Assembly (NCBI GenBank): GCA_030645495.1
Contig: JAUSLV010000011.1
Location: 256,659 to 320,658, forward strand
Direction of reading: 5' to 3'
Source: Actinomycetota bacterium
GTDB lineage: Bacteria > Actinomycetota > Acidimicrobiia > Acidimicrobiales > Ilumatobacteraceae
DNA: 64,000 bases
Part shown: positions 41,169 through 50,860 of the stretch, piece after piece
Numbering within the stretch: the stretch's first letter is position 1
Layout of the letters: every line of letters begins with the position of its first letter
The notes under the pieces: generated by a model
Database searches by the model: none
The model's input: only the letters and a program-made list of their open reading frames with translations
What the model was told of the DNA's origin: nothing
Position numbers and translations under genes: made by a program

Positions 41169-42194
41169 TCAGGGCTTGGGCTTCTTCTTGGCGCGGCTAG
41201 GGGCCACGCGGCTGGGTTCGCCGGGCATCTTCGGGTAGACGGGCGGCCACGGCGCGTCCTCCAGCCCGGCCGCCTGGTCGCGGCGCACCATCTCCAGGAA
41301 CGGCTCGATGGATTGCGGATGGTCGTTCATCGTCGCCCAGGCATCGCCGTGCTGGGCCACCCATGCAGGCACGGTGGCGATCGTCATGTCGTGCGGGGCG
41401 AGCGTGGGCAGCAGTTCCCACGGGAAGGGGAACGACACAGGCGCGTGATCCAGCGCGCGCACGCTCCACGGTGCGAACACGGTCTTGTGCGGTGCGTTCT
41501 GGTTGAAGTCGATGAAGATGCGCGCGCCGCGCTCCTCCTTCCACCACGAGGCGGTGATCAGATCGGGCCTGCGCCGTTCGAGTTCACGGGCGAGGGCGAC
41601 CGCGGCGCTGCGCACCGCGATGCTGTCCTGCGTGGGCTGCAGGCGCACGTACACGTGCAGGCCGCGGTTGCCCGACGTCTTGATGAAGCCGGTGACCCCG
41701 ATGTCGTCGAGCAGTTGCTTGGTGACGTGCGCTGTCTCCTTGGCCATCTCGTAGTTCGTGCCCGGGCCCGGGTCGAGGTCGATGCGCAGTTCGTCGCAGT
41801 GCTCTTGATCGCTCGCCCGCACCGGCCACGAGTGGAACCCGAGGCACCCGATGTTCACCGCCCACACGAGGTGCGCGAGATCGGCGATCACGAGTGCGCG
41901 CGACGGTGTGCCGTTGGGAGTCTGCACGGTGGTGGTGTGCAGCCACTCGGGCGCGCCGTCGGGAATGCGCTTCTGGAAGAAGTTGCTGCCGTGCGCGCCG
42001 TTGGGGAAGCGTTGCAGGAGCACCGGCCGGTCGAACAATTGACGCATGACAGCGTCCTCGACCGACAGGTAGTAGCGCACGAGGTCGAGCTTCGTGTCGC
42101 CGCGCGTCTGGAAGAACACCTTGTCGGGGCTGGTGATGGTGACAGCGCGCCCCGCCACCTGCACCTCGACCGGCTCGCTCATGGTGGGGAACGC
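41169..42194 (-). CDS. LigD polymerase (primase-polymerase) domain protein, stand-alone non-homologous end-joining polymerase
   Basis: VQVAGRAVTITSPDKVFF and GFIKTSGNRGLHVYV are typical LigD polymerase-domain motifs. No ligase or nuclease domain is present. The 5' part of the supplied ORF is an antisense extension. Confidence 0.8.
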   Translation of the reverse strand, partial: AFPTMSEPVEVQVAGRAVTITSPDKVFFQTRGDTKLDLVRYYLSVEDAVMRQLFDRPVLLQRFPNGAHGSNFFQKRIPDGAPEWLHTTTVQTPNGTPSRALVIADLAHLVWAVNIGCLGFHSWPVRASDQEHCDELRIDLDPGPGTNYEMAKETAHVTKQLLDDIGVTGFIKTSGNRGLHVYVRLQPTQDSIAVRSAAVALARELERRRPDLITASWWKEERGARIFIDFNQNAPHKTVFAPWSVRALDHAPVSFPFPWELLPTLAPHDMTIATVPAWVAQHGDAWATMNDHPQSIEPFLEMVRRDQAAGLEDAPWPPVYPKMPGEPSRVAPSRAKKKPKP

Positions 42195-44046
42195 TAGTGC
42201 GGCTACCGTCGCAGCTGTGAGCGACCCGCCGAACACCACGAGCACCGACATCACCGCACCGATGCAGGGCACGATCGTGACGATCGACGTGAGCGTGGGC
42301 CAGCAGGTGCGCGCCGGCCAGCAGATGATGCTGATCGAGTCGATGAAGATGCACCACTCGATCGATGCCACCGCCGATGGAGTGGTCGGTGAGCTGCTGG
42401 TCGTGCCCGGCGACACGGTGTTCGAGCATGCGACGGTGGCTCGCGTCCGCCCAGGAGCGGTGACTGTCGCTGTGGTGGCCGAAGCGGCCGCCGAAGACCC
42501 GGCGCACATCCGCGCCGACCTGGCCGAGGCGATCGCTCGCCACGAGATCGGCCTCGACGCGGCCCGCCCCGACGCGGTCGCCAAGCGGCGCGCCACCAAC
42601 CGGCGCACGGCACGCGAGAACGTGGCCGACCTCGTGGATGCCGACTCGTTCGTGGAGTACGGCCCCGTGGTGATCGCCCCGCAGCGCCGCAGGCGCGACA
42701 TCGCCGACCTGATCGCCCGCACCCCGGCCGATGGCATGGTGGGCGGCATCGGCACCGTGGCCGGGCACAGCGTGGTGGCGATGAGCTACGACTACACCGT
42801 GCTGGCGGGCACGCAGGGCGGGCAGAACCACCGCAAGAAGGACCGCTTGTTCGAGCTGGCCGAGCACCTGCGCCTACCCGTGGTGTTCTTCACCGAAGGT
42901 GGGGGAGGGCGGCCCGGCGACACCGACACGATGGGGGTCAGCGGCCTCGACTGCTTGGCGTTCATGTACTTCGCCCAGCTGTCGGGCCTGGTGCCGCTGG
43001 TGGGCATCAACGCGGGTTACTGCTTCGCCGGCAACGCGGCGATCCTCGGGTGCTGCGACGTGGTGATCGCAACCGCCGACAGCAACATCGGCATGGGCGG
43101 CCCGGCGATGATCGAGGGCGGCGGCCTTGGTTTGTTCGAGCCCACCGAGATCGGCCCGATGCACGTGCAACGCGCCAACGGTGTGGTCGACATCGCGGTC
43201 GCCGACGAGGCCGAAGCGGTGGCTGCCGCCAAGCAGTACCTCGGCTACTTCACCGACCGCCAGCTGCCCGGTTGGGCTTGCGCCGACCAACGCGAGCTGC
43301 GCCACGTGATCCCCGAGGACCGCAAGCGCGCGTACGACGTTCACGCGGTGATCCAAGGGCTGTTCGACACGGGCAGTGTGCTGGAACTGCGCCGCGACTT
43401 CGGGCCGGGCATGGTGACCGCGCTCGCGCGAGTGGATGGTCGCGCTGTGGGAGTCGTGGCCAACAACCCCGGCCACCTTGCCGGCGCGATCGACAGCGAC
43501 GGCGCCGACAAGGCGGCGCGGTTCATACAACTGTGCGACGCGTTCGACATCCCGATCGTCACACTCGTGGACACGCCCGGGATGATGGTGGGCCCGGAGA
43601 TCGAGAAGACCGCGCTCGTGCGCCACTGCACGCGGCTGTTCGTCACCGGCGCCAACGTGAGCGTGCCGATCATCAGCATCGTGCTGCGCAAGAGCTACGG
43701 CCTGGGCGCGCAAGCGATGATGGGCGGTAGCACCAAGGCCCCGCTGGCGTGCGTGGCATGGCCCACCGGCGAGTTCGGTGGCATGGGCCTGGAGGGTGCG
43801 GTGCGCCTGGGCTATCGAAACGAACTGGCGGCGATCGCCGACCCCGACACGCGCGAGGCCACGTTCCAGCAGATGGTCGACAAGATGTACCAAGTGGGCA
43901 AGGCCGTCAACATCGCCAGCCACTACGAGATCGACGACGTGATCGACCCGGCCGACAGTCGCCGCTGGATCAGCGCGATCCTCGCCGCAGCGCCCACGCC
44001 CACGCCGCGCAGTGGCAAGAAGCGGGCGAACATCGACACCTGGTAG
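42181..44046 (+). CDS. biotinyl-domain / carboxyltransferase fusion protein (acyl-CoA carboxylase beta-like carboxyltransferase with N-terminal biotin carrier domain)
   Basis: The biotin attachment motif ESMKM sits in a lipoyl/biotinyl fold (residues about 55-125). It is followed by a carboxyltransferase N+C domain (GGGRPGDTD; SYGLGAQAMMGG). The start is uncertain, at 42181 or 42262. Confidence 0.7.
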   Translation: MVGNASAATVAAVSDPPNTTSTDITAPMQGTIVTIDVSVGQQVRAGQQMMLIESMKMHHSIDATADGVVGELLVVPGDTVFEHATVARVRPGAVTVAVVAEAAAEDPAHIRADLAEAIARHEIGLDAARPDAVAKRRATNRRTARENVADLVDADSFVEYGPVVIAPQRRRRDIADLIARTPADGMVGGIGTVAGHSVVAMSYDYTVLAGTQGGQNHRKKDRLFELAEHLRLPVVFFTEGGGGRPGDTDTMGVSGLDCLAFMYFAQLSGLVPLVGINAGYCFAGNAAILGCCDVVIATADSNIGMGGPAMIEGGGLGLFEPTEIGPMHVQRANGVVDIAVADEAEAVAAAKQYLGYFTDRQLPGWACADQRELRHVIPEDRKRAYDVHAVIQGLFDTGSVLELRRDFGPGMVTALARVDGRAVGVVANNPGHLAGAIDSDGADKAARFIQLCDAFDIPIVTLVDTPGMMVGPEIEKTALVRHCTRLFVTGANVSVPIISIVLRKSYGLGAQAMMGGSTKAPLACVAWPTGEFGGMGLEGAVRLGYRNELAAIADPDTREATFQQMVDKMYQVGKAVNIASHYEIDDVIDPADSRRWISAILAAAPTPTPRSGKKRANIDTW

Positions 44047-44055
44047 AACCAGGAG

Positions 44056-45159
44056 ATGCGCATCGACGAAGTCGAGCTGCGGCTCGTCCGCCTTCCGTAC
44101 CGCTCGCCGTTCAAGACCTCCTTCGCGGAGGAGCGCGAGAAGCACGCGGTGATCGTCACCGTGCGCTCGCAGGGTGTGGAGGGCTACGGCGAGGGCGTGA
44201 TGGACCCGTTCCCGCACTACCGCGAGGAGTGCATCGCCGGCGCATGGCACCTGCTGCGCAACGCGTTCGTCCCCGAGCTGGTCGCCAACGGGTGCGAACA
44301 CCCGTCGCAGCTTGTCGCCCGGTGGGCAGGCTGGCGTGGCAACCCGATGGCCAAGACCGCGCTCGAGCTTGCCGTGTGGGACTGCTACGCCCGCCAGCAG
44401 GGAGTGCCGCTGCGCACGCTGTTGGGCGGTACGCGCACCGAGATCCCGGTGGGCGCCAGCCTGGGCATGAACACCATCCCCGAGACGGTGGAGAACGTAC
44501 GCCGCCACGTGGAGCAGGGCTACCAGCGGATCAAGTTGAAGATCGAACCCGGATGGGACGTGCAGCTGCTGGCGGCCGTGCGCGCCGAGTTCCCCTTCAT
44601 CGAACTCACCGTCGATGCCAACTCGGCCTACACGCTGGCCGATATCGGCGTGCTTCGCGAGATCGACCAGTTCGGTCTGCACTACATCGAGCAGCCGCTG
44701 CACTGGGACGACATGGTCGAGCACGCCCACCTCGCCACCTTGCTGCACACCAACATCTGCCTCGATGAGACGCTCACCTCGCCGGCGCGGGTGAAGGCGG
44801 CACTCGATCTGGGCGCGTGCAGCGTGGTGAACGTGAAAGTCGGGCGCGTGGGCGGCCTGCAATCCGTACGCGAGATCCACGACATGTGCGTGGGTCTCGG
44901 TGTGCCGATGTGGTGCGGCGGCATGCTCGAGACCGGTATCGGCCGCGCGCACAACATCCACCTCGCCACGATGCCCGGGTTCGTTTACCCAGGCGACACC
45001 GCCTCGGCCAGCCGCACCTACGCCCGCGACATCGTCGAGCAGGCGCTGGAGGCGACACAGGGCATCATGCCGGTGCCGGAAGGGCCGGGCATCGGCGTCA
45101 CCCTCGATCGGCCGTTCTTGAACGAGGTGACCGAGCAGACCGAGGTCGTGCGCGCGTGA
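44056..45159 (+). CDS. enolase-superfamily enzyme (o-succinylbenzoate synthase / N-succinylamino-acid racemase-like)
   Basis: An MR/MLE fold is present. KLKIEPGWD carries the catalytic Lys and DANSAYT the metal-binding Asp. The C-terminal domain shows GGMLETGIGRA. Confidence 0.8.
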   Translation: MRIDEVELRLVRLPYRSPFKTSFAEEREKHAVIVTVRSQGVEGYGEGVMDPFPHYREECIAGAWHLLRNAFVPELVANGCEHPSQLVARWAGWRGNPMAKTALELAVWDCYARQQGVPLRTLLGGTRTEIPVGASLGMNTIPETVENVRRHVEQGYQRIKLKIEPGWDVQLLAAVRAEFPFIELTVDANSAYTLADIGVLREIDQFGLHYIEQPLHWDDMVEHAHLATLLHTNICLDETLTSPARVKAALDLGACSVVNVKVGRVGGLQSVREIHDMCVGLGVPMWCGGMLETGIGRAHNIHLATMPGFVYPGDTASASRTYARDIVEQALEATQGIMPVPEGPGIGVTLDRPFLNEVTEQTEVVRA

Positions 45160-45830
45160 CCGTGCACTTCCGCGTGCTGCGCACCGCCGACGAGTTGGCG
45201 GTGCTGCCGCCGTTCGAGCGTGCGATCTGGGGCGGCGACGACGACTGCGTGTCGGTGAACGTGCTGATGGCCTGCATCGAGGAAGGCGGGATGGCGATCG
45301 GCGCGTTCGTGGGCGCCCGCATCGTGGGGTCGGTGTTCGGCTTCCGCACGTTCGACCCGCGGGTGCTGCACTCGCACTACATGGCAGTGCACCCCGATCA
45401 TCGCCGCAATGGCCTGGGCGAGCAGCTGAAGCGGCAACAGGCCCAGTGGTGCCTGGCGAACGGCGTGACGGCGATGCGCTGGACGTTCGACCCGCTGCAG
45501 TTGGCCAACGCGCACCTCAACCTGAACAAGCTCGGCGCTGTTGGCATCAGCTACCACGTGAACCACTACGGCACGATGGGTGGCATCAACGGTGGGCTGC
45601 CCAGCGACCGGCTGACCGTGCAGTGGGAGCTGCACCTGCCGCGGCTGGAGCACTCCGAGACGTTCACGCTTACCGTGCCTCCGGTGACCCCCGAGCAGGT
45701 GGCCTCGGGCGCGCCCGAGGCGCTCGGTGCCCGGCTGGCGCTGCGTGACGCGATGGCGCCCCACCTGGCCGACGGCTGGTGGGTCACGGCCGTCGACCGC
45801 GTCGCCCGCACCTACACGTTGGTGCGCTGA
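45156..45830 (+). CDS. GNAT-family N-acyltransferase
   Basis: The motif-A-like sequence MAVHPDHRRNGLGEQL is present. The GTG start overlaps the stop of the enolase-superfamily gene (GTGA). Confidence 0.55.
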   Translation: MTVHFRVLRTADELAVLPPFERAIWGGDDDCVSVNVLMACIEEGGMAIGAFVGARIVGSVFGFRTFDPRVLHSHYMAVHPDHRRNGLGEQLKRQQAQWCLANGVTAMRWTFDPLQLANAHLNLNKLGAVGISYHVNHYGTMGGINGGLPSDRLTVQWELHLPRLEHSETFTLTVPPVTPEQVASGAPEALGARLALRDAMAPHLADGWWVTAVDRVARTYTLVR

Positions 45831-45849
45831 CCCCACCCACCACCCGTAG

Positions 45850-46596
45850 GTGGCAGACTCGGCACTCGTGACCACCGCAGAGCTGATCGTCGTCGGCGTT
45901 GCCGTGGGGGTGGCGGCGTTCGTGCAGGTGATCGCCGGCTTCGGGTTCGCGCTGCTATGCATGCCGATCATGACGCTGGCGATCCCGGTGGAGAAGGCGG
46001 TGGTGGTCAGCACGCTGCTCAGCACGGTCACCACGTCGTGGCAGTCGTGGTTCCTGCGCAAGGACGCCGACCCGCCGCTGGTGAAGCGCCTCACGATCAG
46101 CGCCTACGTGGGCATGCCGCTCGGGCTGGTGATCCTGGAGGTGGTCAGCGATGGGGCCCTGAAGGTCGTGCTCGGGGTGTCAGTGCTGCTGGCCACGTTC
46201 TTGTTGGCTCGCCGGCTCGACCTGCGCCACGTGGGCACTGGCCTCGACGTGGCCGCCGGGTTCCTGTCCGGTGTCTTGAACACCTCACTGTCCACGAACG
46301 GGCCGCCCTTGGTGTTCGACCTGCATGCTCGGCATCTCGACGCGGCTCGGTTCCGCGCCACCATCTCGGCCGTCTTCGCGCTGTGCAGCGTTGGTGCGCT
46401 CGCCCTGTTCATCGGCCGCGGCAAGGTGACCCCGGAAGGTGTGCACGCCGCCCTGATCGCGTTGCCCGCGTGGCTGGTGGGGCAGTCGATCGGCTGGCCG
46501 ATCCGCAAACACATGCACGGCGAGCGCTTCCGGGTGCTGGTGTTGTGTTTGTTGGCCGCGGCCGGCACCACCACCGTCGTGTTCGCACTGACGTGA
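45850..46596 (+). CDS. TauE/SafE-family sulfite/anion exporter
   Basis: Duplicated four-TM halves carry the repeated G-rich motif (GFGFALL). Confidence 0.75.
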   Translation: MADSALVTTAELIVVGVAVGVAAFVQVIAGFGFALLCMPIMTLAIPVEKAVVVSTLLSTVTTSWQSWFLRKDADPPLVKRLTISAYVGMPLGLVILEVVSDGALKVVLGVSVLLATFLLARRLDLRHVGTGLDVAAGFLSGVLNTSLSTNGPPLVFDLHARHLDAARFRATISAVFALCSVGALALFIGRGKVTPEGVHAALIALPAWLVGQSIGWPIRKHMHGERFRVLVLCLLAAAGTTTVVFALT

Positions 46597-46642
46597 TCCG
46601 GGGTGCGTTGCACCGGCGGAGCAACCCTCGTACGATCTCAAC

Positions 46643-47857
46643 GTGCGTATCACCGGCAGGCAGGCAGCGCGATCGCGCCGCACCGCATCGCTCGTGGCCC
46701 TGCTGGTGGCCGCGGCGGCATGTGGGGGCGTCGCCGCCGGCGACACCGGCGACGACGACACGATGGCCCTCACCGGCGAGCTGCCGGCCGTGGTGTCCAC
46801 CGTGCCTCCGTCCACCTTGCCGCCCACCACTACGATTCCGCCGGTGCGCACGATGAGCCTGGCGTTCTCTGGTGACGTGCTGATCCACACCCCGATCTGG
46901 GAAGAAGCCGAGCGGTACACGGGCGTGAAGGACAGCTACGACTTCTCCCCGATGTGGAACGACGTGCGGGGTTTGGTGTCCAGCGTCGACCTCGCGATCT
47001 GCCACCTGGAGGTGCCGATCGCACCTCCCGGGCAGGAGTTCCTGTCCTTCCCGCTGTATGCCTCGCCCAAGGAGCTGATCGCCGGCATCGCCTCGGCGGG
47101 TTACGACCGCTGCAGCATCGCCAGCAACCACGCGTACGACATGCGGGGCGAAGGAATCGACACCACGCTCGCGATGTTCGAGCAGTCGGGCATGGGGTGG
47201 GCGGGCACAGCCCGCAACCCGGCCGAGATCGAGCCGCGGGTGACCGAGGTGAAGGGCATCAAGGTCGCCCACCTCTCGTACACCTGGAGCCTCAACGGCC
47301 TGCGACTGCCTGCCGACGAGCCGTGGCGAGTCGCCTTGATCGACTCGGCCCGCATCATTGCCGACTGCAAGAAGGCCCGCGAGATGGGTGCCGAAGTCGT
47401 GATCGTCAGCATGCATTGGGGCACCGAACCGGTGGCCAACGTCACGCCGTACCAGAAGAAGATCGCCGAGGAGATCACCGCCAGCGGCGAGATCGACTTG
47501 ATCGTGGGCCACCACAGCCACGTGGTGCAGCCGATCCAGCAGGTGAATGGCGTCTGGACCGTGTTCGGCATGGGCAACAGCCTCAGCTCGCACCCGACGC
47601 GTGAGTTCTTCACCGATGCCTCGCAGGACGGCGTGGTGGTGGTGGTGAACCTCAGCGTCGCCGCCGATGGCACGGTCACGGTGGATGCCCCGATCGTGCA
47701 CCCCACGTGGGTCGACAAGCGCAACGGCTATGTCATCCGCGACGTGCTGCAGCAACTGGCCCGCACCGACCTCAGTTCGAGCCAGCGCACCACCTACGAG
47801 GCCTCGCTGAAGCGCACCACGAAGATGATGGGCGACTACATCTCGCCCACCGCCTGA
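46643..47857 (+). CDS. CapA-family (poly-gamma-glutamate biosynthesis/metallophosphatase-fold) lipoprotein
   Basis: The lipobox LLVAAAACGG is present. The CapA motifs GDVLIH, HLE and SNHAYD, plus GHHSH, are present. Confidence 0.75.
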   Translation: MRITGRQAARSRRTASLVALLVAAAACGGVAAGDTGDDDTMALTGELPAVVSTVPPSTLPPTTTIPPVRTMSLAFSGDVLIHTPIWEEAERYTGVKDSYDFSPMWNDVRGLVSSVDLAICHLEVPIAPPGQEFLSFPLYASPKELIAGIASAGYDRCSIASNHAYDMRGEGIDTTLAMFEQSGMGWAGTARNPAEIEPRVTEVKGIKVAHLSYTWSLNGLRLPADEPWRVALIDSARIIADCKKAREMGAEVVIVSMHWGTEPVANVTPYQKKIAEEITASGEIDLIVGHHSHVVQPIQQVNGVWTVFGMGNSLSSHPTREFFTDASQDGVVVVVNLSVAADGTVTVDAPIVHPTWVDKRNGYVIRDVLQQLARTDLSSSQRTTYEASLKRTTKMMGDYISPTA

Positions 47858-47858
47858 G

Positions 47859-50012
47859 TCAGCCGGTGCGGGCGGTGGCCCGTCGGTAGAGCGCGGTTGC
47901 CTCGACGAACGGCACCACCACCGCCTCGACGGCCGGGATGAGCCACTGCATGAACGTGTTGGTGAGGTGATCGCTGTCGCGGTACACGAGGATGTCGCCC
48001 ACCACCGCCGGGCAGGTACCACCTGCGCAGATCCACTTGAGTGGCTGGACGAGACTGACGCCGCTCGTGGCGGTGATCTCGCCGATGGCGCGGTCGACTG
48101 CCGAAGCGTTCAGCGGGTCTGACACGCCGGCGCACGCGGAGATGTCGTGCCGATGGTCGGCGACGCAGTCGGGCACGTTCTGCGGGGGGTTCGGGGTATC
48201 GCCGATGACCACCGGCTCGATCCCGTCGGCACGCAGCCCTGCCAGCAACTCGGGCAGGTGCGCCTGCCAGTCGTCCACCCCGATGTTCTCGCGGTCGTCG
48301 GCGCGGGTGAGCGCGTAGAACTGCGACACGAACACGACGTCGACGGACTGCTCGCGCAAGTAGGCGCGCACCGACTCGCGCCACGCGGCGCAGTGGGTGA
48401 ACACCGCGGCGGCGCCGTTGTTGTACACCTCGACGTCCAAGTACGGGCAGCCGCCCTGGGTCAGTGACAGCAGCCGCCAGTGGTGTGTCGTGGCGATCGC
48501 ATCGAGTGCGGTGAACCACTGCGCGGCGTGCGAGTCGCCCCACAGCGCGATGGTGATCTCGCCGTTCACGTCGCCGAACACGCAGGTGGGTGTCACCACC
48601 GAGTCGTAATACAGGTGGCAGCCGTTGCCGTAGATGATCCCGGTGTCGTTGTCGGCCGCCAGCAGGCCGGGGCGCAGGTTGTCGGGCACCACCTCGTTGG
48701 CGAGGGCGTCGACGACCGCTTGGATCGGTGGTGTGTCGTTCATCGAGATGGGTGCGGGCGCCACCGGCACGGTGGTGGTGGCCACGACTGTGGACTCGGC
48801 GGACGCGGGCACGGTCGTGGCGACCGACGAGGTAGTGGTGGTGATCGCGTCGGGCGCCGCGGCGACGACGCCGGTGGACAGATCGGGGTGGTAATTGTGC
48901 AGCACCACACCGGCCAGCAGGCTGACGGCCACCAGCGCGCCACCCATCGCCAGTGACGCACCGGTGCGGCGGGCGAGTGGCCGTGAGGAGCGGATGGGAT
49001 CCTCGATGAACCGGAACCCGAGTTCGGCGAGCGCGAACACGAGCGCCACCGCGGCCAGCGTCTCGCCGAACCGCAGCGTCCGTCGGAGATGCGCCTCGGC
49101 GATCACCAACACCGGCCAGTGCCACAGGTACAGCGAGTACGAGCGCGCGCCGAGGTACAGGAACGGCTCGTGCCGCAGCAGCAGCAGTGGCGACTTCAGG
49201 TTCTTGTTGCCGCCCACGAGCATGGCGCCAGTACCCAGAACGGGCAGCGCTGCCGCCCACCCGGGGAACTCGACCACCTCGCCGAACGTGACGACACTGA
49301 CCACCACTGCCGCCAACCCCGACCAGCCGATGATCGCCCGGTTGCGCTTCGTCCAGCGATCCGTGGTGGGTGCCAGCGCGGCCAGCAGCGCGCCGACCCC
49401 CAGCTCCCAGGCACGAGTATGCAGCCCGAAGTACGACCATGAGGGGTTCGCTGCGGTGAGCAGTCCGCTCGCCGCATACGACCCGATCACGATCGCCGCC
49501 ATGGCCCAGGTGACCCGCTGGCGCACGTTGCTGGCACCGATCGTGACCAGCGCGATCAGCGCCGGCCACACGAAGTAGAACTGCTCTTCCACCGCCAGCG
49601 ACCAATAGTGCCGCAGCGGCGACGGAGCGAGGTTGGCGGTGAGATAGTCGGTGCCGCGGTCGGCGAACAGGATGTTGGCACCGAAGAAGGCCGACGACAG
49701 CACCTCTTCCGCGAGATCTCTGATCCGGGTGGCCGACAGCCAGATCACACCGGCGAGCGAGGTGGCGACGATGACGGTGGCCGAGATCGGCAGCAGCCGG
49801 CGCGCCCTGCGAGCGTAGAACGCCTTGATCGAGACGCGTCCGGTGTTCTGCCGCTCTTCGATGAGCAACGTCGTGATCAGGTAGCCGGAGATGACGAAGA
49901 ACACGTCGACGCCAACGAAGCCGCCATCGATCCCGGGCACGCCGAAGTGGTACAGCAGCACGGCCACCACGGCAATCGCGCGTAGCCCCTCGATGTCCCG
50001 TCGGTACCGCAC
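47859..50012 (-). CDS. acyltransferase-3 (OafA/YrhL-like) membrane O-acyltransferase with C-terminal SGNH hydrolase domain
   Basis: The N-terminus carries the RAIAVVAVLLYHF motif, followed by about 10 TM segments. A C-terminal GDSH-type SGNH domain (LWGDSHAAQW) is present. Confidence 0.8.
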   Translation of the reverse strand: MRYRRDIEGLRAIAVVAVLLYHFGVPGIDGGFVGVDVFFVISGYLITTLLIEERQNTGRVSIKAFYARRARRLLPISATVIVATSLAGVIWLSATRIRDLAEEVLSSAFFGANILFADRGTDYLTANLAPSPLRHYWSLAVEEQFYFVWPALIALVTIGASNVRQRVTWAMAAIVIGSYAASGLLTAANPSWSYFGLHTRAWELGVGALLAALAPTTDRWTKRNRAIIGWSGLAAVVVSVVTFGEVVEFPGWAAALPVLGTGAMLVGGNKNLKSPLLLLRHEPFLYLGARSYSLYLWHWPVLVIAEAHLRRTLRFGETLAAVALVFALAELGFRFIEDPIRSSRPLARRTGASLAMGGALVAVSLLAGVVLHNYHPDLSTGVVAAAPDAITTTTSSVATTVPASAESTVVATTTVPVAPAPISMNDTPPIQAVVDALANEVVPDNLRPGLLAADNDTGIIYGNGCHLYYDSVVTPTCVFGDVNGEITIALWGDSHAAQWFTALDAIATTHHWRLLSLTQGGCPYLDVEVYNNGAAAVFTHCAAWRESVRAYLREQSVDVVFVSQFYALTRADDRENIGVDDWQAHLPELLAGLRADGIEPVVIGDTPNPPQNVPDCVADHRHDISACAGVSDPLNASAVDRAIGEITATSGVSLVQPLKWICAGGTCPAVVGDILVYRDSDHLTNTFMQWLIPAVEAVVVPFVEATALYRRATARTG

Positions 50013-50058
50013 CGCAGCAGGCTACCCGCGGGGTCGGTGGGCCTGCCTGCCGCCCGGC

Positions 50059-50775
50059 TCAGCTGCCGAACATCATCAACCACTGTTCCTTGGTGCGCGG
50101 CCGGAAGACGTAGTTGCTCTCACGGATCACGTCGATCGTGGCGCTGGACGGCTGGGAGTAGCGATGCCCGGGAAAGACCACAGTGCCGTCGGGCATGCCG
50201 GCCAGCGTCTGCAAGCTGTCGAACATCGCTTCGGGATCGCTGCCGGGGAAGTCGGTGCGGCCACAGCCGTCGAGGAACAGCGTGTCGCCGCTGACCAGCC
50301 GGCCGTCCACATGGAAGCACTGGCTGCCGGGCGTGTGCCCGGGCGTGTGCACCAGCGTGATCGAGATGTCGCCCACCTGCACGACGTCGCCACCCTCGTG
50401 CTGCACGAGGTCGCCCTCGGCGAGGCCGCTCGTCTTCAGCACCCAGGGGGTCTCGGTCTTCTGCACGTGCACCGGGCAACTGCAGCGTTCGAGCAGCGTG
50501 GCGACACCCTCCACCGGGTAGCCCATCATGTTGCCGCCGATGTGGTCGGCGTGGAAGTGCGTGGCCAGCACCCCGGTCACCTTCATCCCGTCGGCCTCCA
50601 CCAGGTCGAGCAGCTCGTTGACTGCGTAGGCAGGGTCGATCAGCACACACTCGCTGGTGGCCCGGTCGCCGATGGCGTAGGTGAAGTTCACCATCTGCTG
50701 CGCGATCGCGTTGGTGGTGGCGAAGTCGCGCCCCGAGAGCAGCTGGCGGAAGTAGAAGCGATCCGTACTCATGGG
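50059..50775 (-). CDS. MBL-fold metallo-hydrolase (glyoxalase II-like)
   Basis: THFHADH and HTPGHTPGS are present. The supplied ORF has a long antisense upstream extension. Confidence 0.8.
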   Translation of the reverse strand, partial: PMSTDRFYFRQLLSGRDFATTNAIAQQMVNFTYAIGDRATSECVLIDPAYAVNELLDLVEADGMKVTGVLATHFHADHIGGNMMGYPVEGVATLLERCSCPVHVQKTETPWVLKTSGLAEGDLVQHEGGDVVQVGDISITLVHTPGHTPGSQCFHVDGRLVSGDTLFLDGCGRTDFPGSDPEAMFDSLQTLAGMPDGTVVFPGHRYSQPSSATIDVIRESNYVFRPRTKEQWLMMFGS

Positions 50776-50860
50776 CCACACGCTATGCGGCCCGGCGCCC
50801 GCCTCGTAGGCTCTGGGCCATGTCTGGGGAGATCCGCCACGTCGAGGAGGTGCTCGCCGC

